Source: Candidatus Nomurabacteria bacterium
GTDB lineage: Bacteria; Patescibacteriota; Minisyncoccia; Phycocordibacterales; UBA9973
DNA: 64,000 nucleotides
NCBI GenBank assembly: GCA_026396015.1
Contig: JAPLXP010000003.1
Location: forward strand, 26,626-90,625
Reading direction: 5' to 3'
This document shows positions 54,033 through 63,006 of the stretch, piece by piece. Below the pieces are notes generated by a model. It had not been told where the DNA came from and did no database searches. It saw only the letters and a program-made list of their open reading frames with translations. Made by a program: the position numbers and the translations under genes. The first letter of the stretch is position 1; the number at the start of each line of letters is the position of its first letter.

Positions 54033-54272
54033 ATGCAGAAATTGAAGCAACTTTCAGGCAGGGAAGTAGTAAAAATTTTTGAATCCCATGGTTTTCAAGT
54101 AAAACGAATAGTAGGAAGTCATACTCGACTGACATTACTTAAAGATGATAATTCCTACCATGTGACTATTCCACTCCACAATCCGGTCAAAAAGGGGACA
54201 CTGCACAGTATTATGAAAGATTTTGAACTTTGTTTTGGAAAAGAAGAAACAAATAAATGCTTTTATAATTAA
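54033..54272 (+). CDS. hicA: HicA-family mRNA interferase toxin
   Basis: GREVVKIFESHGFQVKRIVGSHTRLT...VTIPLHNPVKKGTLHSIMKDF parallels HicA/YcfA (GFELVRQKGSHH.F....TV..H...L..GTL.SIL). Confidence 0.6.
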   Translation: MQKLKQLSGREVVKIFESHGFQVKRIVGSHTRLTLLKDDNSYHVTIPLHNPVKKGTLHSIMKDFELCFGKEETNKCFYN

Positions 54273-54276
54273 TGAC

Positions 54277-54358
54277 AAAATTCTTTGAGGCTTTAGGTGT
54301 ACCATTCAAAAAAGCATAATCTAGTTTTCATAAAATCCCTCATTTGAGGGATTTTTAT
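54277..54358 (+). repeat. Direct-repeat copy (~88% identity) of rplE 3' end plus its terminator (53689..53770), flanking the HicBA cassette
   Basis: acaaaattctttgag[ctt/gct]t..ggtgtaccattcaa.aaa...taatctagttttcataaaa(a)tccctcat..gagggattttt in both places. Confidence 0.65.
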
Positions 54359-54398
54359 CTGTTACAAAATTTACATCCAAATATGGTATAATAAGATT

Positions 54399-55181
54399 AT
54401 GAAAAAAATATTAATTGTTTTATTAGTCCTGCTTGTTTTTTGTAGTCTTTTTTATTTTTTAAAAAATAATTCTATTAATATATTAGATAAACCTTCTCCT
54501 CAAATAGAGAATATTAAAACTCAAGCAAGCGAGACAACAAAAACCGAGAATAATATTCAAACAAATCCTAATATTTTACAAGCTGGGTCAATTAGACTTA
54601 TAGAACCATTTGATGGTGAAAAGTTAATCTCTGGTTCTAAAATCAGTGTGCAGTATGAGATATTAGGACCTATAAAATTTGGGTCTATTTTAATATCAAA
54701 GGATTGTAATCATACAATAAATTTACAAGAAAATATTGGAAAACATTCATTTGATTGCACTTTACCAAAAACAATTGGCAATTTAAAGATTGGAATTCAA
54801 GAAATGATATATTCACCAAAGGTAGAAAGTAAAGAGGCGAATGGAAATTTAACTTTAATTGAATCAAATGATTTATCAGTTAAGGATATCTTATATTACC
54901 CTGAACAAATTTTTATGGATGCAACACCTAAAAAACAAAATGATGGGTACGTGTCATTTAAAGTACTTTATAGTGATGGAACAAAAAACGAAGTTGATAC
55001 CTCGTTGTTCGATATTCATATTAAAGATGAATCAGTTGCTTCAATTTTTGGGAAGTCAAATGGAGGGATTGTCAGCTTGGATGGAAAAAAAGAGGGTCAA
55101 ACTCAAATGATTGTTAATTATAAAGGTATCAATAAAATTATTCCAATTGAAGTTTATCCTCACGACGATTCTTTACAATAG
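54399..55181 (+). CDS. Secreted/anchored protein with C-terminal bacterial Ig-like (Big_2-like) domain
   Basis: N-terminal TM/signal. C-terminal ...GGIVSLDGKKEGQTQMIVNYKGINKIIPIEV typical of Big_2. Confidence 0.45.
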   Translation: MKKILIVLLVLLVFCSLFYFLKNNSINILDKPSPQIENIKTQASETTKTENNIQTNPNILQAGSIRLIEPFDGEKLISGSKISVQYEILGPIKFGSILISKDCNHTINLQENIGKHSFDCTLPKTIGNLKIGIQEMIYSPKVESKEANGNLTLIESNDLSVKDILYYPEQIFMDATPKKQNDGYVSFKVLYSDGTKNEVDTSLFDIHIKDESVASIFGKSNGGIVSLDGKKEGQTQMIVNYKGINKIIPIEVYPHDDSLQ

Positions 55182-55204
55182 TTCTATTTATAAATCTAAA
55201 AAAT

Positions 55205-55459
55205 ATGAATGAAATAAAACCATTAGTGAATAATCCCAATATCAATAAACTCAAAACACCAACTTTAGCTATCATCCTACTTAGTAGTGGAATAGTATGT
55301 TTTGGTTTATTCTTTTTTCTATTAATGTACTCATGTAAAGGGGATGATTTTGTTTGTGGAATAGGTTTATTCATTAAAGGCATGGTAATAATACTACCTG
55401 CTTCACTAGTACTATTGATTTGGGGGTTGATTGAGCTTCATAAATTTTTCAAGAAATAA
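55205..55459 (+). CDS. Small two-TM membrane protein
   Basis: Two hydrophobic helices. No family recognised. Confidence 0.35.
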   Translation: MNEIKPLVNNPNINKLKTPTLAIILLSSGIVCFGLFFFLLMYSCKGDDFVCGIGLFIKGMVIILPASLVLLIWGLIELHKFFKK

Positions 55460-55544
55460 TCTCGTTTCCATAAAAATCCCTCAATGAGGGGTTTTTTGTA
55501 CGTGTGTGATAAAATTATGATAGATTTTTATTAACTTATATTTT

Positions 55545-56771
55545 ATGCAATCAAATATTTTTAAAAGATTTTTTGTTTTGATTCTGATCTTCCTGATTCC
55601 TATCTCCAATGCTTTTGCTCGTGGCGGCGGGGGAGGGTCTGGCGGCGGGGGCTCTGGTAGTGGTAGTTCTGGTGGAGGGTCTTTACTCCAGCCAGCTGTT
55701 GCTTTGATGGTCTTCATTACTATTACAATAGTAGGTGTTTATAATAGGAATAAGAAACTTAAACAAACAAAATCATTATTGGAAAAGGCCGTATCTTCAG
55801 ACCCAGCCTGGGGCGAGGCTGGAATAAAACAAATAGCGTCAGATACCTTTAATAAATTCCAAAAAGATTGGAGTGATTTTAATTGTGATGGTATGAAGTC
55901 TTATTTGACTGAGAGTTTCTATCAGAGGGTGTCTTTGGAATTGAACGTCTTAAAAAATCAAAAAAGACAAAATCTCATGTCAGATGTGTATTTGGGTAGT
56001 GTGGTTGTTTGGAATTTAAAAGATAACGAAGGGGTAAATAGTGATTCTGTAACACTTGAAATGTCTGCTTCTGCAAAGGACCAGCTTGTAGACCTTGAAT
56101 GCAATAAAGTTTTGTATACTGATAGTGAACCCTTTATCGAATATTGGACTTTTGTGAGGGTCAACAGTGGGTGGAAATTGAATTTGATAGAGCAAGCCAC
56201 AGAAGATAGGGCTATGAGAGAGGATTCTATTGCAGATTTTGCAGAACGTAACAAATTCTTTTATGATGCTGACTTTGGTTGGCTCATGATGCCTTTGAAT
56301 GGAGTCGTATTCAGAAAGGGGAATCTGACTGTGTCAGATATAAATAATCATGTCATTGGTTCATTCAAGGATAAAATCGTTGAATTTTATACATTCATTC
56401 CAAACCCACAGTCATTTTCTAAAAAGAACTATATTGTCGCTCAGGCCATACTGCCAATAAAATACAAGGATATTCTGGTTAGAAGGAAGAGAATGTTGTT
56501 CAACCTTAGTCCACGTGGACTAAGGAGGGTCAGGACAGAGAGCAACGATTTTGACCGCAAATTCTGCCTCTGGGCGCATCCTCAGGATCAGATTAATTCA
56601 TTCGAGCTATTAACTCCTGATTTTATGGTCAAGATTTATGATCTGCCGTTTGAGTTGAATATCGAGATAGTAGACAATATCCTGTATTTCTATGCTGAAT
56701 CTAGGAAGGATATAGATTACGACGTTATGCTCGATCTCCTGGGTAGAGCATTTGACGATATGGAAAGATAA
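55545..56771 (+). CDS. Membrane protein with Gly/Ser-rich linker and Tim44-like domain
   Basis: Signal/TM, (G/S) run RGGGGGSGGGGSGSGSSGGG, second TM, then a region resembling the Tim44-like fold (DPAWGEAGIKQIASDTFNKFQKDWSDFN...YWTFVRVNSGWKL). Confidence 0.4.
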   Translation: MQSNIFKRFFVLILIFLIPISNAFARGGGGGSGGGGSGSGSSGGGSLLQPAVALMVFITITIVGVYNRNKKLKQTKSLLEKAVSSDPAWGEAGIKQIASDTFNKFQKDWSDFNCDGMKSYLTESFYQRVSLELNVLKNQKRQNLMSDVYLGSVVVWNLKDNEGVNSDSVTLEMSASAKDQLVDLECNKVLYTDSEPFIEYWTFVRVNSGWKLNLIEQATEDRAMREDSIADFAERNKFFYDADFGWLMMPLNGVVFRKGNLTVSDINNHVIGSFKDKIVEFYTFIPNPQSFSKKNYIVAQAILPIKYKDILVRRKRMLFNLSPRGLRRVRTESNDFDRKFCLWAHPQDQINSFELLTPDFMVKIYDLPFELNIEIVDNILYFYAESRKDIDYDVMLDLLGRAFDDMER

Positions 56772-56971
56772 TAAAGTCCCCGAAAGGGGCTTTTATTATT
56801 GTTTTTGCATTTGACATTATCCTACCTATCTGATAGGATAGGGGGACGTGATTGATGGATCCGTTCTTCTCCTTAAGAGATAATAATACTTTTAAGAAAA
56901 GGAATGAGATATCGCAATCATATCCCTAGGGTATATCCCTCGGGTCAGTTTTATTAAAGATAAATTATAAT

Positions 56972-57157
56972 ATGGCAAAAACATCAGTTATAGCAAGACA
57001 TTTAAAGAAGAGTAAGTTTACATCTCGAGAAACAAATCGTTGTTTTCGTTGTGGTCGTGGACATGCATTTATGAGAGATTTCGGTCTATGTCGTATCTGT
57101 TTCCGTGAACTAGCTAATGAAGGTATGCTACCAGGTGTTCGTAAGTCTTCTTGGTAA
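56972..57157 (+). CDS. rpsZ: 30S ribosomal protein S14 type Z (zinc-binding)
   Basis: 61 aa with [23 protein letters not shown] four-Cys motif. Confidence 0.9.
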   Translation: MAKTSVIARHLKKSKFTSRETNRCFRCGRGHAFMRDFGLCRICFRELANEGMLPGVRKSSW

Positions 57158-57186
57158 TCTCAAAATAAACTTTTAACTAAAAATAT

Positions 57187-57573
57187 ATGGATCAAATAGC
57201 AAACATGGTAAATATGGTAAAGAATGCAAACCGCGTAGAGCGCGAGTCTGTGACTGTTCCATATTCAAAATTAAAGCAATCAATAGCAGATGCACTAGTA
57301 GCAGAAGGGTACCTAAAGAAGGCTACAAAGAAGATGCAAAAAGGATTCCCTACACTAGAACTAGAATTGGTATATGTAGATGGATCACCAAAAGTTACAG
57401 GAGTAGAACGTGTTTCAAAGTCATCATGTCGTGTTTACAAGGGTGTAAAGGAAATCCGCTCTGTTCGTCATGGTTTTGGATCAATGTTTCTTTCAACACC
57501 AAAAGGTATCTTAACAGACAAGCAAGCTCGTAAAGAGATGGTCGGAGGCGAAGTATTATTTAAAATCTGGTAA
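57187..57573 (+). CDS. rpsH: 30S ribosomal protein S8
   Basis: IADMLTRIRNA-like N-terminus (IANMVNMVKNANRVE) and C-terminal GGEVLFKIW match S8. Confidence 0.9.
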   Translation: MDQIANMVNMVKNANRVERESVTVPYSKLKQSIADALVAEGYLKKATKKMQKGFPTLELELVYVDGSPKVTGVERVSKSSCRVYKGVKEIRSVRHGFGSMFLSTPKGILTDKQARKEMVGGEVLFKIW

Positions 57574-57582
57574 TAACATTTT

Positions 57583-58119
57583 ATGTCACGTATAGGAAAA
57601 CAAATAATAAATATCCCCGCAGGAACTGAGGTAAAGCAGACAGGTACTAGCATGTCTATAAAAGGACCAAAAGGAACACTCGTACGAGATTTCCCTGGTA
57701 CTGTTGCTATAAACATCAACGGCGCAGAGATAACTCTCACTCCAAAGAATGAAAACGACAAGACAGAGCGCTCTCTATGGGGTACTTATGCTTCTCATAT
57801 CAAGAATATGGTAGCAGGAGTAAATACAGGATACACAAAGAAATTGATCCTAGAAGGAGTTGGATTCAAGTCAGAAGTAGCAGGCAAGGTATTAAAGCTT
57901 GCTCTTGGTTTTTCACACCCAGTAAACGTTGATATCCCAGAAGGTCTTACAGTCACAGCAGAAAAGAACATTGTTACAGTTACAGGTATCGATAAGGAGC
58001 TCGTTGGTCAATGGACAGCAGGTGTTCGCTCATTGAAAAAGCCAGAACCATACAAGGGTAAAGGTTTCCGTTACGATACTGAAGTTATTCGTCGTAAGCA
58101 AGGTAAGAAAGCTGCATAA
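57583..58119 (+). CDS. rplF: 50S ribosomal protein L6
   Basis: [18 protein letters not shown]...LILEGVGFK... matches L6. Confidence 0.9.
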   Translation: MSRIGKQIINIPAGTEVKQTGTSMSIKGPKGTLVRDFPGTVAININGAEITLTPKNENDKTERSLWGTYASHIKNMVAGVNTGYTKKLILEGVGFKSEVAGKVLKLALGFSHPVNVDIPEGLTVTAEKNIVTVTGIDKELVGQWTAGVRSLKKPEPYKGKGFRYDTEVIRRKQGKKAA

Positions 58120-58124
58120 AATAT

Positions 58125-58466
58125 ATGAACAAGAAACAAGAAAAAAGAATAAGATTAAAGAAAAAGATTCGTGCAAAGATTGGTGTTGGTTCTTCTCGCC
58201 CTCGTCTTTCAGTGTTTCGTTCAAATGCATTTATCTATGCTCAGGTTATTGATGATACAAAGGGTATAACACTCGCTTCTTCTTCAGACATAAAAGTAAC
58301 ATCTGGCACAAAATCAGAACGTGCTGCCGCAGTAGGTGCAGAAGTTGCAAAGCTAGCTATCGCAAAAGGAATCAAAGAAGTAGTTTTTGATCGTAATGGA
58401 TTTAAATATACAGGTCGCGTAAAAGCATTAGCTGATGGGGCTCGCTCCGGTGGCTTGCAATTCTAA
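58125..58466 (+). CDS. rplR: 50S ribosomal protein L18
   Basis: [20 protein letters not shown]...[42 protein letters not shown] matches L18. Confidence 0.9.
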   Translation: MNKKQEKRIRLKKKIRAKIGVGSSRPRLSVFRSNAFIYAQVIDDTKGITLASSSDIKVTSGTKSERAAAVGAEVAKLAIAKGIKEVVFDRNGFKYTGRVKALADGARSGGLQF

Positions 58467-58475
58467 TAAATTTTT

Positions 58476-59108
58476 ATGGATACAAATAACAAACCAAAAC
58501 CAAATACAGCTACACCTACAAGTACAAGACCTCGCTACGGAACACGTCCAGCAGGAACAGGAGCAAGACCAGGTACAGGTGGAACTGGTGACAGAAAGCC
58601 TCGTGCATTCTTTGAGAGACCAAAACCAGAATTTGATCAGAAAATGGTTTCTATCCGTCGCGTTACTCGTGTGGTATCAGGTGGACGTCGTATGACATTC
58701 GCTGTAGCACTAGCTATCGGTGACAAGAAGGGTTCAATCGGACTAGGAACAGGTAAGGGTGCTGACACAGCAGTTGCAATAGCAAAGGCTCTACGTGCAG
58801 CAAAGAAAAGTATGTTCAAGATTGCTCTTACAAAAGAAATGTCTATCGCTCATGAGACAGCTGCAAAATTTGGAAGTTCAAAGGTTGCAATCATGCCAAA
58901 CAAGGGTAAGGGACTAGTTGCAGGTAGTACAGTTCGTGATATGCTAGTTCTAGCAGGAGTCAAGAATGTAACTGCAAAATTGCACTCTGGAAGTAAAAAC
59001 AAACTAAACAATGCTCGTGCTGCCTACGATGCTCTCGCATCAGTAAAAGCAAGAAAGGTTGTAGCAAAGAAAGAAGCAGAAGTAGTAGAAGCTGTAGAAG
59101 CAAAATAA
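58476..59108 (+). CDS. rpsE: 30S ribosomal protein S5 with ~50-aa P/T/G-rich N-terminal extension
   Basis: VSIRRVTRVVSGGRRMTFAVALAIGDKKGSIGLGTGKGADTAVAIAKA matches S5. Confidence 0.9.
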   Translation: MDTNNKPKPNTATPTSTRPRYGTRPAGTGARPGTGGTGDRKPRAFFERPKPEFDQKMVSIRRVTRVVSGGRRMTFAVALAIGDKKGSIGLGTGKGADTAVAIAKALRAAKKSMFKIALTKEMSIAHETAAKFGSSKVAIMPNKGKGLVAGSTVRDMLVLAGVKNVTAKLHSGSKNKLNNARAAYDALASVKARKVVAKKEAEVVEAVEAK

Positions 59109-59122
59109 TCTAAAATAATTTT

Positions 59123-59551
59123 ATGCAATTAAACGAATTAAAAAGAAATAATCCAAATAGAAAAGCTCGTCAAGTTGGACGCGGAGGTATTCGTGGTAAA
59201 CAAGCTGGACGTGGAGGCAAGGGTCAGACAGCTCGTGCAGGTAACAAGCGCCGCCCTCAAATTCGTGATATCATAAAGAAGCTTCCAAAGCTCCGTGGTT
59301 ACCGATTCAAGTCTACAGTTTTGAAGCCAAACGTTGTAAACGTGTCAGCATTGAATGTATTCGAAGCTGGTACAGTTGTGACTCCTACATCTCTATTTGC
59401 AAGTAAGCTAATCCGTAAATCTCATGGAAAGCTTCCAAAGGTAAAGATCCTAGGAACAGGTGAGTTGACTACAAAGATAAATGTTGAAGGTTGTATCGTT
59501 TCTGAAACTGCCGCAGCAAAAATTAAACAAGTTGGAGGAACTATCAAATAA
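59123..59551 (+). CDS. rplO: 50S ribosomal protein L15
   Basis: MQLNELK...GRGGIRGKQAGRGGKGQTARAG matches L15. No L30 gene precedes it. Confidence 0.9.
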   Translation: MQLNELKRNNPNRKARQVGRGGIRGKQAGRGGKGQTARAGNKRRPQIRDIIKKLPKLRGYRFKSTVLKPNVVNVSALNVFEAGTVVTPTSLFASKLIRKSHGKLPKVKILGTGELTTKINVEGCIVSETAAAKIKQVGGTIK

Positions 59552-59558
59552 TAACTAA

Positions 59559-60830
59559 ATGGAAAAGTTTTTACACAAACTAAAGATAGTATTCACCGAC
59601 CGCGCGCTGCGAAAGCGTGTCTTGTTTGTTCTTGCACTACTAGTAGTGTTCAGACTATTGGCTGCTATTCCAATTCCTGGAGTAGATGCTATGAAGCTAC
59701 AAGCTTTTTTGAATAACAATCAATTTCTAGGAGTACTGAATGTATTCTCTGGTGGGGGATTGTCACACCTTTCATTGATCATGCTTGGGGTAGGACCATA
59801 CATTACTTCATCTATCATCATGCAGCTTTTGACTATCATGTCACCTCGTATCAAGGCTATGTATCAGGAGGATGGTGAGATCGGACGTAAAAAGTTCAAT
59901 CGCATCAGTCGTTTTGTTACTATCCCTCTTGCTATAATCCAAGCTATCACATTTATAATGCTTCTTTCAAAGCAAGGAGTACTAGGTGATATCACACTAT
60001 TTGCAAAGATCGCAAACATCTCACTAGTTGTCGCTGGTTCAATGCTGCTTATGTGGCTCGGTGAATTAGTTTCAGAATTTGGTATTGGTAATGGTGTATC
60101 ATTGATCATCTTTGCTGGTATCGTAGCTAATCTTCCAAAAGAAATTAGTCAATTCATGTTTACTTTTGATGCTGCTAGTATTCCACTTTACATACTATTT
60201 CTACTTGTTGGAATCTTGATCATCATCGGTGTAGTAGTAGTTACAGAGGCAGAGCGCCCAATTCCAGTTACTTATGCTCGTCAGATTCGTGGTGGTGCTA
60301 CTTCAGGTGGTACATCTACATACATACCTCTACGAGTGAACCAGTCAGGTGTTATTCCAATAATCTTTGCATTGTCTATATTGCTATTCCCTCAGATTGC
60401 AGGAACATTCCTCTCTACAATGGCAAATCACACACTAACAACTATCGGTGCTGGACTGCTATGGTTCGTACAAAATGTATGGCTATACTCACTTGTATAC
60501 TTTATATTCGTATTCCTATTTACATATTTCTATACAGCTGTGACATTTGATCCAAATCAGCTCGCAGAGAACCTACAAAAGAATGGTGCATTCATCCCAG
60601 GTATTCGTCCAGGTATCGCTACTCGTGACTATATCGCAAAGGTATTGAATCGTATCACCTTGATGGGTGCTATATTCCTCGGAGTTATCGCTGTTCTTCC
60701 ATTGATAATGAAAGCAATCACAGGTATTACTTCATTCGCATTGGGTGGTACTGCGTTGTTGATCGTTGTTTCAGTAGTGCTTGATATTATTAAAAAAGTT
60801 GAAGCCGAACTCTCCATGAGAGAGTACTAA
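59559..60830 (+). CDS. secY: Preprotein translocase subunit SecY
   Basis: Ten TM helices. Position after rplO. Confidence 0.9.
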   Translation: MEKFLHKLKIVFTDRALRKRVLFVLALLVVFRLLAAIPIPGVDAMKLQAFLNNNQFLGVLNVFSGGGLSHLSLIMLGVGPYITSSIIMQLLTIMSPRIKAMYQEDGEIGRKKFNRISRFVTIPLAIIQAITFIMLLSKQGVLGDITLFAKIANISLVVAGSMLLMWLGELVSEFGIGNGVSLIIFAGIVANLPKEISQFMFTFDAASIPLYILFLLVGILIIIGVVVVTEAERPIPVTYARQIRGGATSGGTSTYIPLRVNQSGVIPIIFALSILLFPQIAGTFLSTMANHTLTTIGAGLLWFVQNVWLYSLVYFIFVFLFTYFYTAVTFDPNQLAENLQKNGAFIPGIRPGIATRDYIAKVLNRITLMGAIFLGVIAVLPLIMKAITGITSFALGGTALLIVVSVVLDIIKKVEAELSMREY

Positions 60831-60874
60831 AATCCCTCATTTAATTGAGGGATTTTTTGTGGTATATTAAAATT

Positions 60875-61465
60875 ATGAAAACTTATACATTTGTATTTTT
60901 TGGAATAGCTGGATCTGGAAAGGGAACTCAAGGTGCCTTGTTGGAAAAATTTTTGAAAGAGGGTAAATTGACTGAAGATATAATATATATAGCTCCAGGT
61001 GCAGAATACCGCAAATTGGTAGACAATGGTGGTTATACTGGTCAGATTATAAAGAGAACTTCAGAGAAGGGTTTCCTTCAGCCAGATTTCCTAACTACTA
61101 GTCTATTCACAAATATACTTATCTCAAATATGACAGCAAATATGTCTTTTATCGCTGATGGATACCCTAGGACAATTTCACAATCAGAGAGTTTTGAAAA
61201 GGCAATGAATTTTTACGAAAGATCAGATATTCATGTTATCTATATAGAAGTAAGTAAGGAGGAGGCTGTAAAGCGTATGAAAGTCCGTGCTCGTGCTGAT
61301 GATACTGATGAGGGTATAGAGACTCGTTTTGATGAATATGTTAAGAATGTACTGCCTTCTATGAAATACTTTGAAGGTAAACCAGGATATACTCTGCATA
61401 CAATAAATGGCGAACAGACTGTAGATCAGGTTCACGCAGATATTATTAAGACATTAGGAATGTAA
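60875..61465 (+). CDS. adk: Adenylate kinase
   Basis: P-loop GIAGSGKGTQ and LID region. Start at MKTYTF within ORF 60845..61465. Confidence 0.8.
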   Translation: MKTYTFVFFGIAGSGKGTQGALLEKFLKEGKLTEDIIYIAPGAEYRKLVDNGGYTGQIIKRTSEKGFLQPDFLTTSLFTNILISNMTANMSFIADGYPRTISQSESFEKAMNFYERSDIHVIYIEVSKEEAVKRMKVRARADDTDEGIETRFDEYVKNVLPSMKYFEGKPGYTLHTINGEQTVDQVHADIIKTLGM

Positions 61466-61469
61466 TCTG

Positions 61470-62165
61470 ATGGATTCTGTAAATAAACAAAAAAGAATTG
61501 TAATATCATTGGGTGGTTCATTAATCGTACCCAATCAGATAGATATAGATTTTATATCTTCTTTTGTTCATTTGATTAATGAATATACATCTTCTGGTTT
61601 TAAATTTATTGTTATTACTGGGGGTGGACATATCTGTCGCAATTATAATAATGCGATAAAGGTGATAGTAGAGCCGACAAATGAAGACCTAGACTGGATG
61701 GGAATTGCAGCTACAAGATTGAATGCTGAATTTATTCGTATTGCTTTTGATGGACTAGCATATGAAAAGATAATGCTTGATCCAGACGAGCTCCCCGATA
61801 CAGATAAATCTGTGATAGTAGGAGGTGGATGGCAGACTGGTAACAGTAGTGATCTAGCAGCAGTACACATAGCTCGTGCATCTGACGCAGGCAAGGTCAT
61901 CAATCTTTCAAATATTGATTTTGTTTATGATAAAGATCCAAAGAAACATGACGATGCAAAACCTATAGAGAGCACTTCATGGGCAGAATTCAGATCAATC
62001 CTTCCTAAGGAATGGGATCCAGGTCTAAACTCTCCATTTGATCCGATAGCAGCACAAGAATCAGAATCATTAGGATTAGAAGTTGTAATCATGAATGGAA
62101 AGAATATAGATAATTTGAGAAAGTATTTAAACGGAGAAGTATTTACGGGTACAGTAATAAAATAA
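61470..62165 (+). CDS. pyrH: Amino-acid-kinase-family protein resembling archaeal-type UMP kinase (PyrH)
   Basis: RIVISLGGSLIVPNQIDIDFI, ITGGGHICRNY, MGIAATRLNA, DKDPKKHDDAK and DPIAAQESESLGLEVVIM parallel archaeal PyrH (RIVFDIGGSVLVP.NPDIDFI; VGGGKLARKY; IGIQITRANA; DPKKDPTAKK; DPLAAKIIARSGIKTIVI). Confidence 0.6.
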   Translation: MDSVNKQKRIVISLGGSLIVPNQIDIDFISSFVHLINEYTSSGFKFIVITGGGHICRNYNNAIKVIVEPTNEDLDWMGIAATRLNAEFIRIAFDGLAYEKIMLDPDELPDTDKSVIVGGGWQTGNSSDLAAVHIARASDAGKVINLSNIDFVYDKDPKKHDDAKPIESTSWAEFRSILPKEWDPGLNSPFDPIAAQESESLGLEVVIMNGKNIDNLRKYLNGEVFTGTVIK

Positions 62166-62171
62166 AAATAT

Positions 62172-62939
62172 ATGGCAATAATAATAAAAACACCAGAAGA
62201 AATAGAGATACTACGCGAAGGTGGTAAGATCCTAGCAGAGATATTGGCAAAGGTGGCAGAAAAAGTAAAACCAGGTATTTCTACCTGGGAGCTTGATCAA
62301 TATGCATACAAATTAATCCGTGAACAAGATGGTGATCCAGCTTTCTTAGACTACCGCCCAGAAGGGCATCAGAAGCCTTATCCAGCATCACTCTGCTCAT
62401 CTGTGAATAGTGAGATTGTGCACGGTATACCAAAGCGTGGAATCATTCTAAAAGAAGGGGATATTATCTCTATAGACCTAGGTATCAAGCACAAGGGCCT
62501 ATTTACTGACCATGCGATGACTGTAGGCGTAGGTACAATATCTAAGAGAGATCAGGCTCTGATGGACGATACTCGTGAGGCACTAGAGATTGGTATCTGG
62601 GCTGCTCGTGGAGGTGCTACGACAGGTGACATCGGTCATGCTATCGAATCATTCGTACACAAGCGCTATGGTATCGTACGTGAGCTCTCAGGGCACGGCG
62701 TAGGCAAGAAGATTCACGAAGATCCATATATCCCAAACTATGGTAAGGCTGGCCGCGGTGCCAAGCTCGTACCAGGTATGGTAGTAGCGATCGAGCCGAT
62801 GCTGACTCAAGGTAATCCAAATATCTATGTAGCGGACGACGGATACACAGTAAAGACTATAGATGGTGGACGTGCTGCACACTTTGAACACACAATCCTC
62901 ATCACCGAAGGCGACGCAGAAATTCTAACTAAAATATAA
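62172..62939 (+). CDS. map: Methionine aminopeptidase type I
   Basis: Pita-bread fold motifs: ...GHGVGKKIHEDP..., metal ligands D..D..H..E..E. Confidence 0.9.
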   Translation: MAIIIKTPEEIEILREGGKILAEILAKVAEKVKPGISTWELDQYAYKLIREQDGDPAFLDYRPEGHQKPYPASLCSSVNSEIVHGIPKRGIILKEGDIISIDLGIKHKGLFTDHAMTVGVGTISKRDQALMDDTREALEIGIWAARGGATTGDIGHAIESFVHKRYGIVRELSGHGVGKKIHEDPYIPNYGKAGRGAKLVPGMVVAIEPMLTQGNPNIYVADDGYTVKTIDGGRAAHFEHTILITEGDAEILTKI

Positions 62940-62967
62940 AACAAAAAAACATCACGACACCGTGATG

Positions 62968-63000
62968 TTTTTTTGTTACCCAATCTGTTAATGATATAAT
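62968..63000 (+). promoter_or_regulatory. Sigma70-like promoter (TTGTTA-N16-TATAAT), copy 1 of a 33-bp direct repeat
   Basis: tttttttgttacccaatctgttaatgatataat. Identical (1 mismatch) to 63821..63853. Confidence 0.45.
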
Positions 63001-63006
63001 TTAAAT

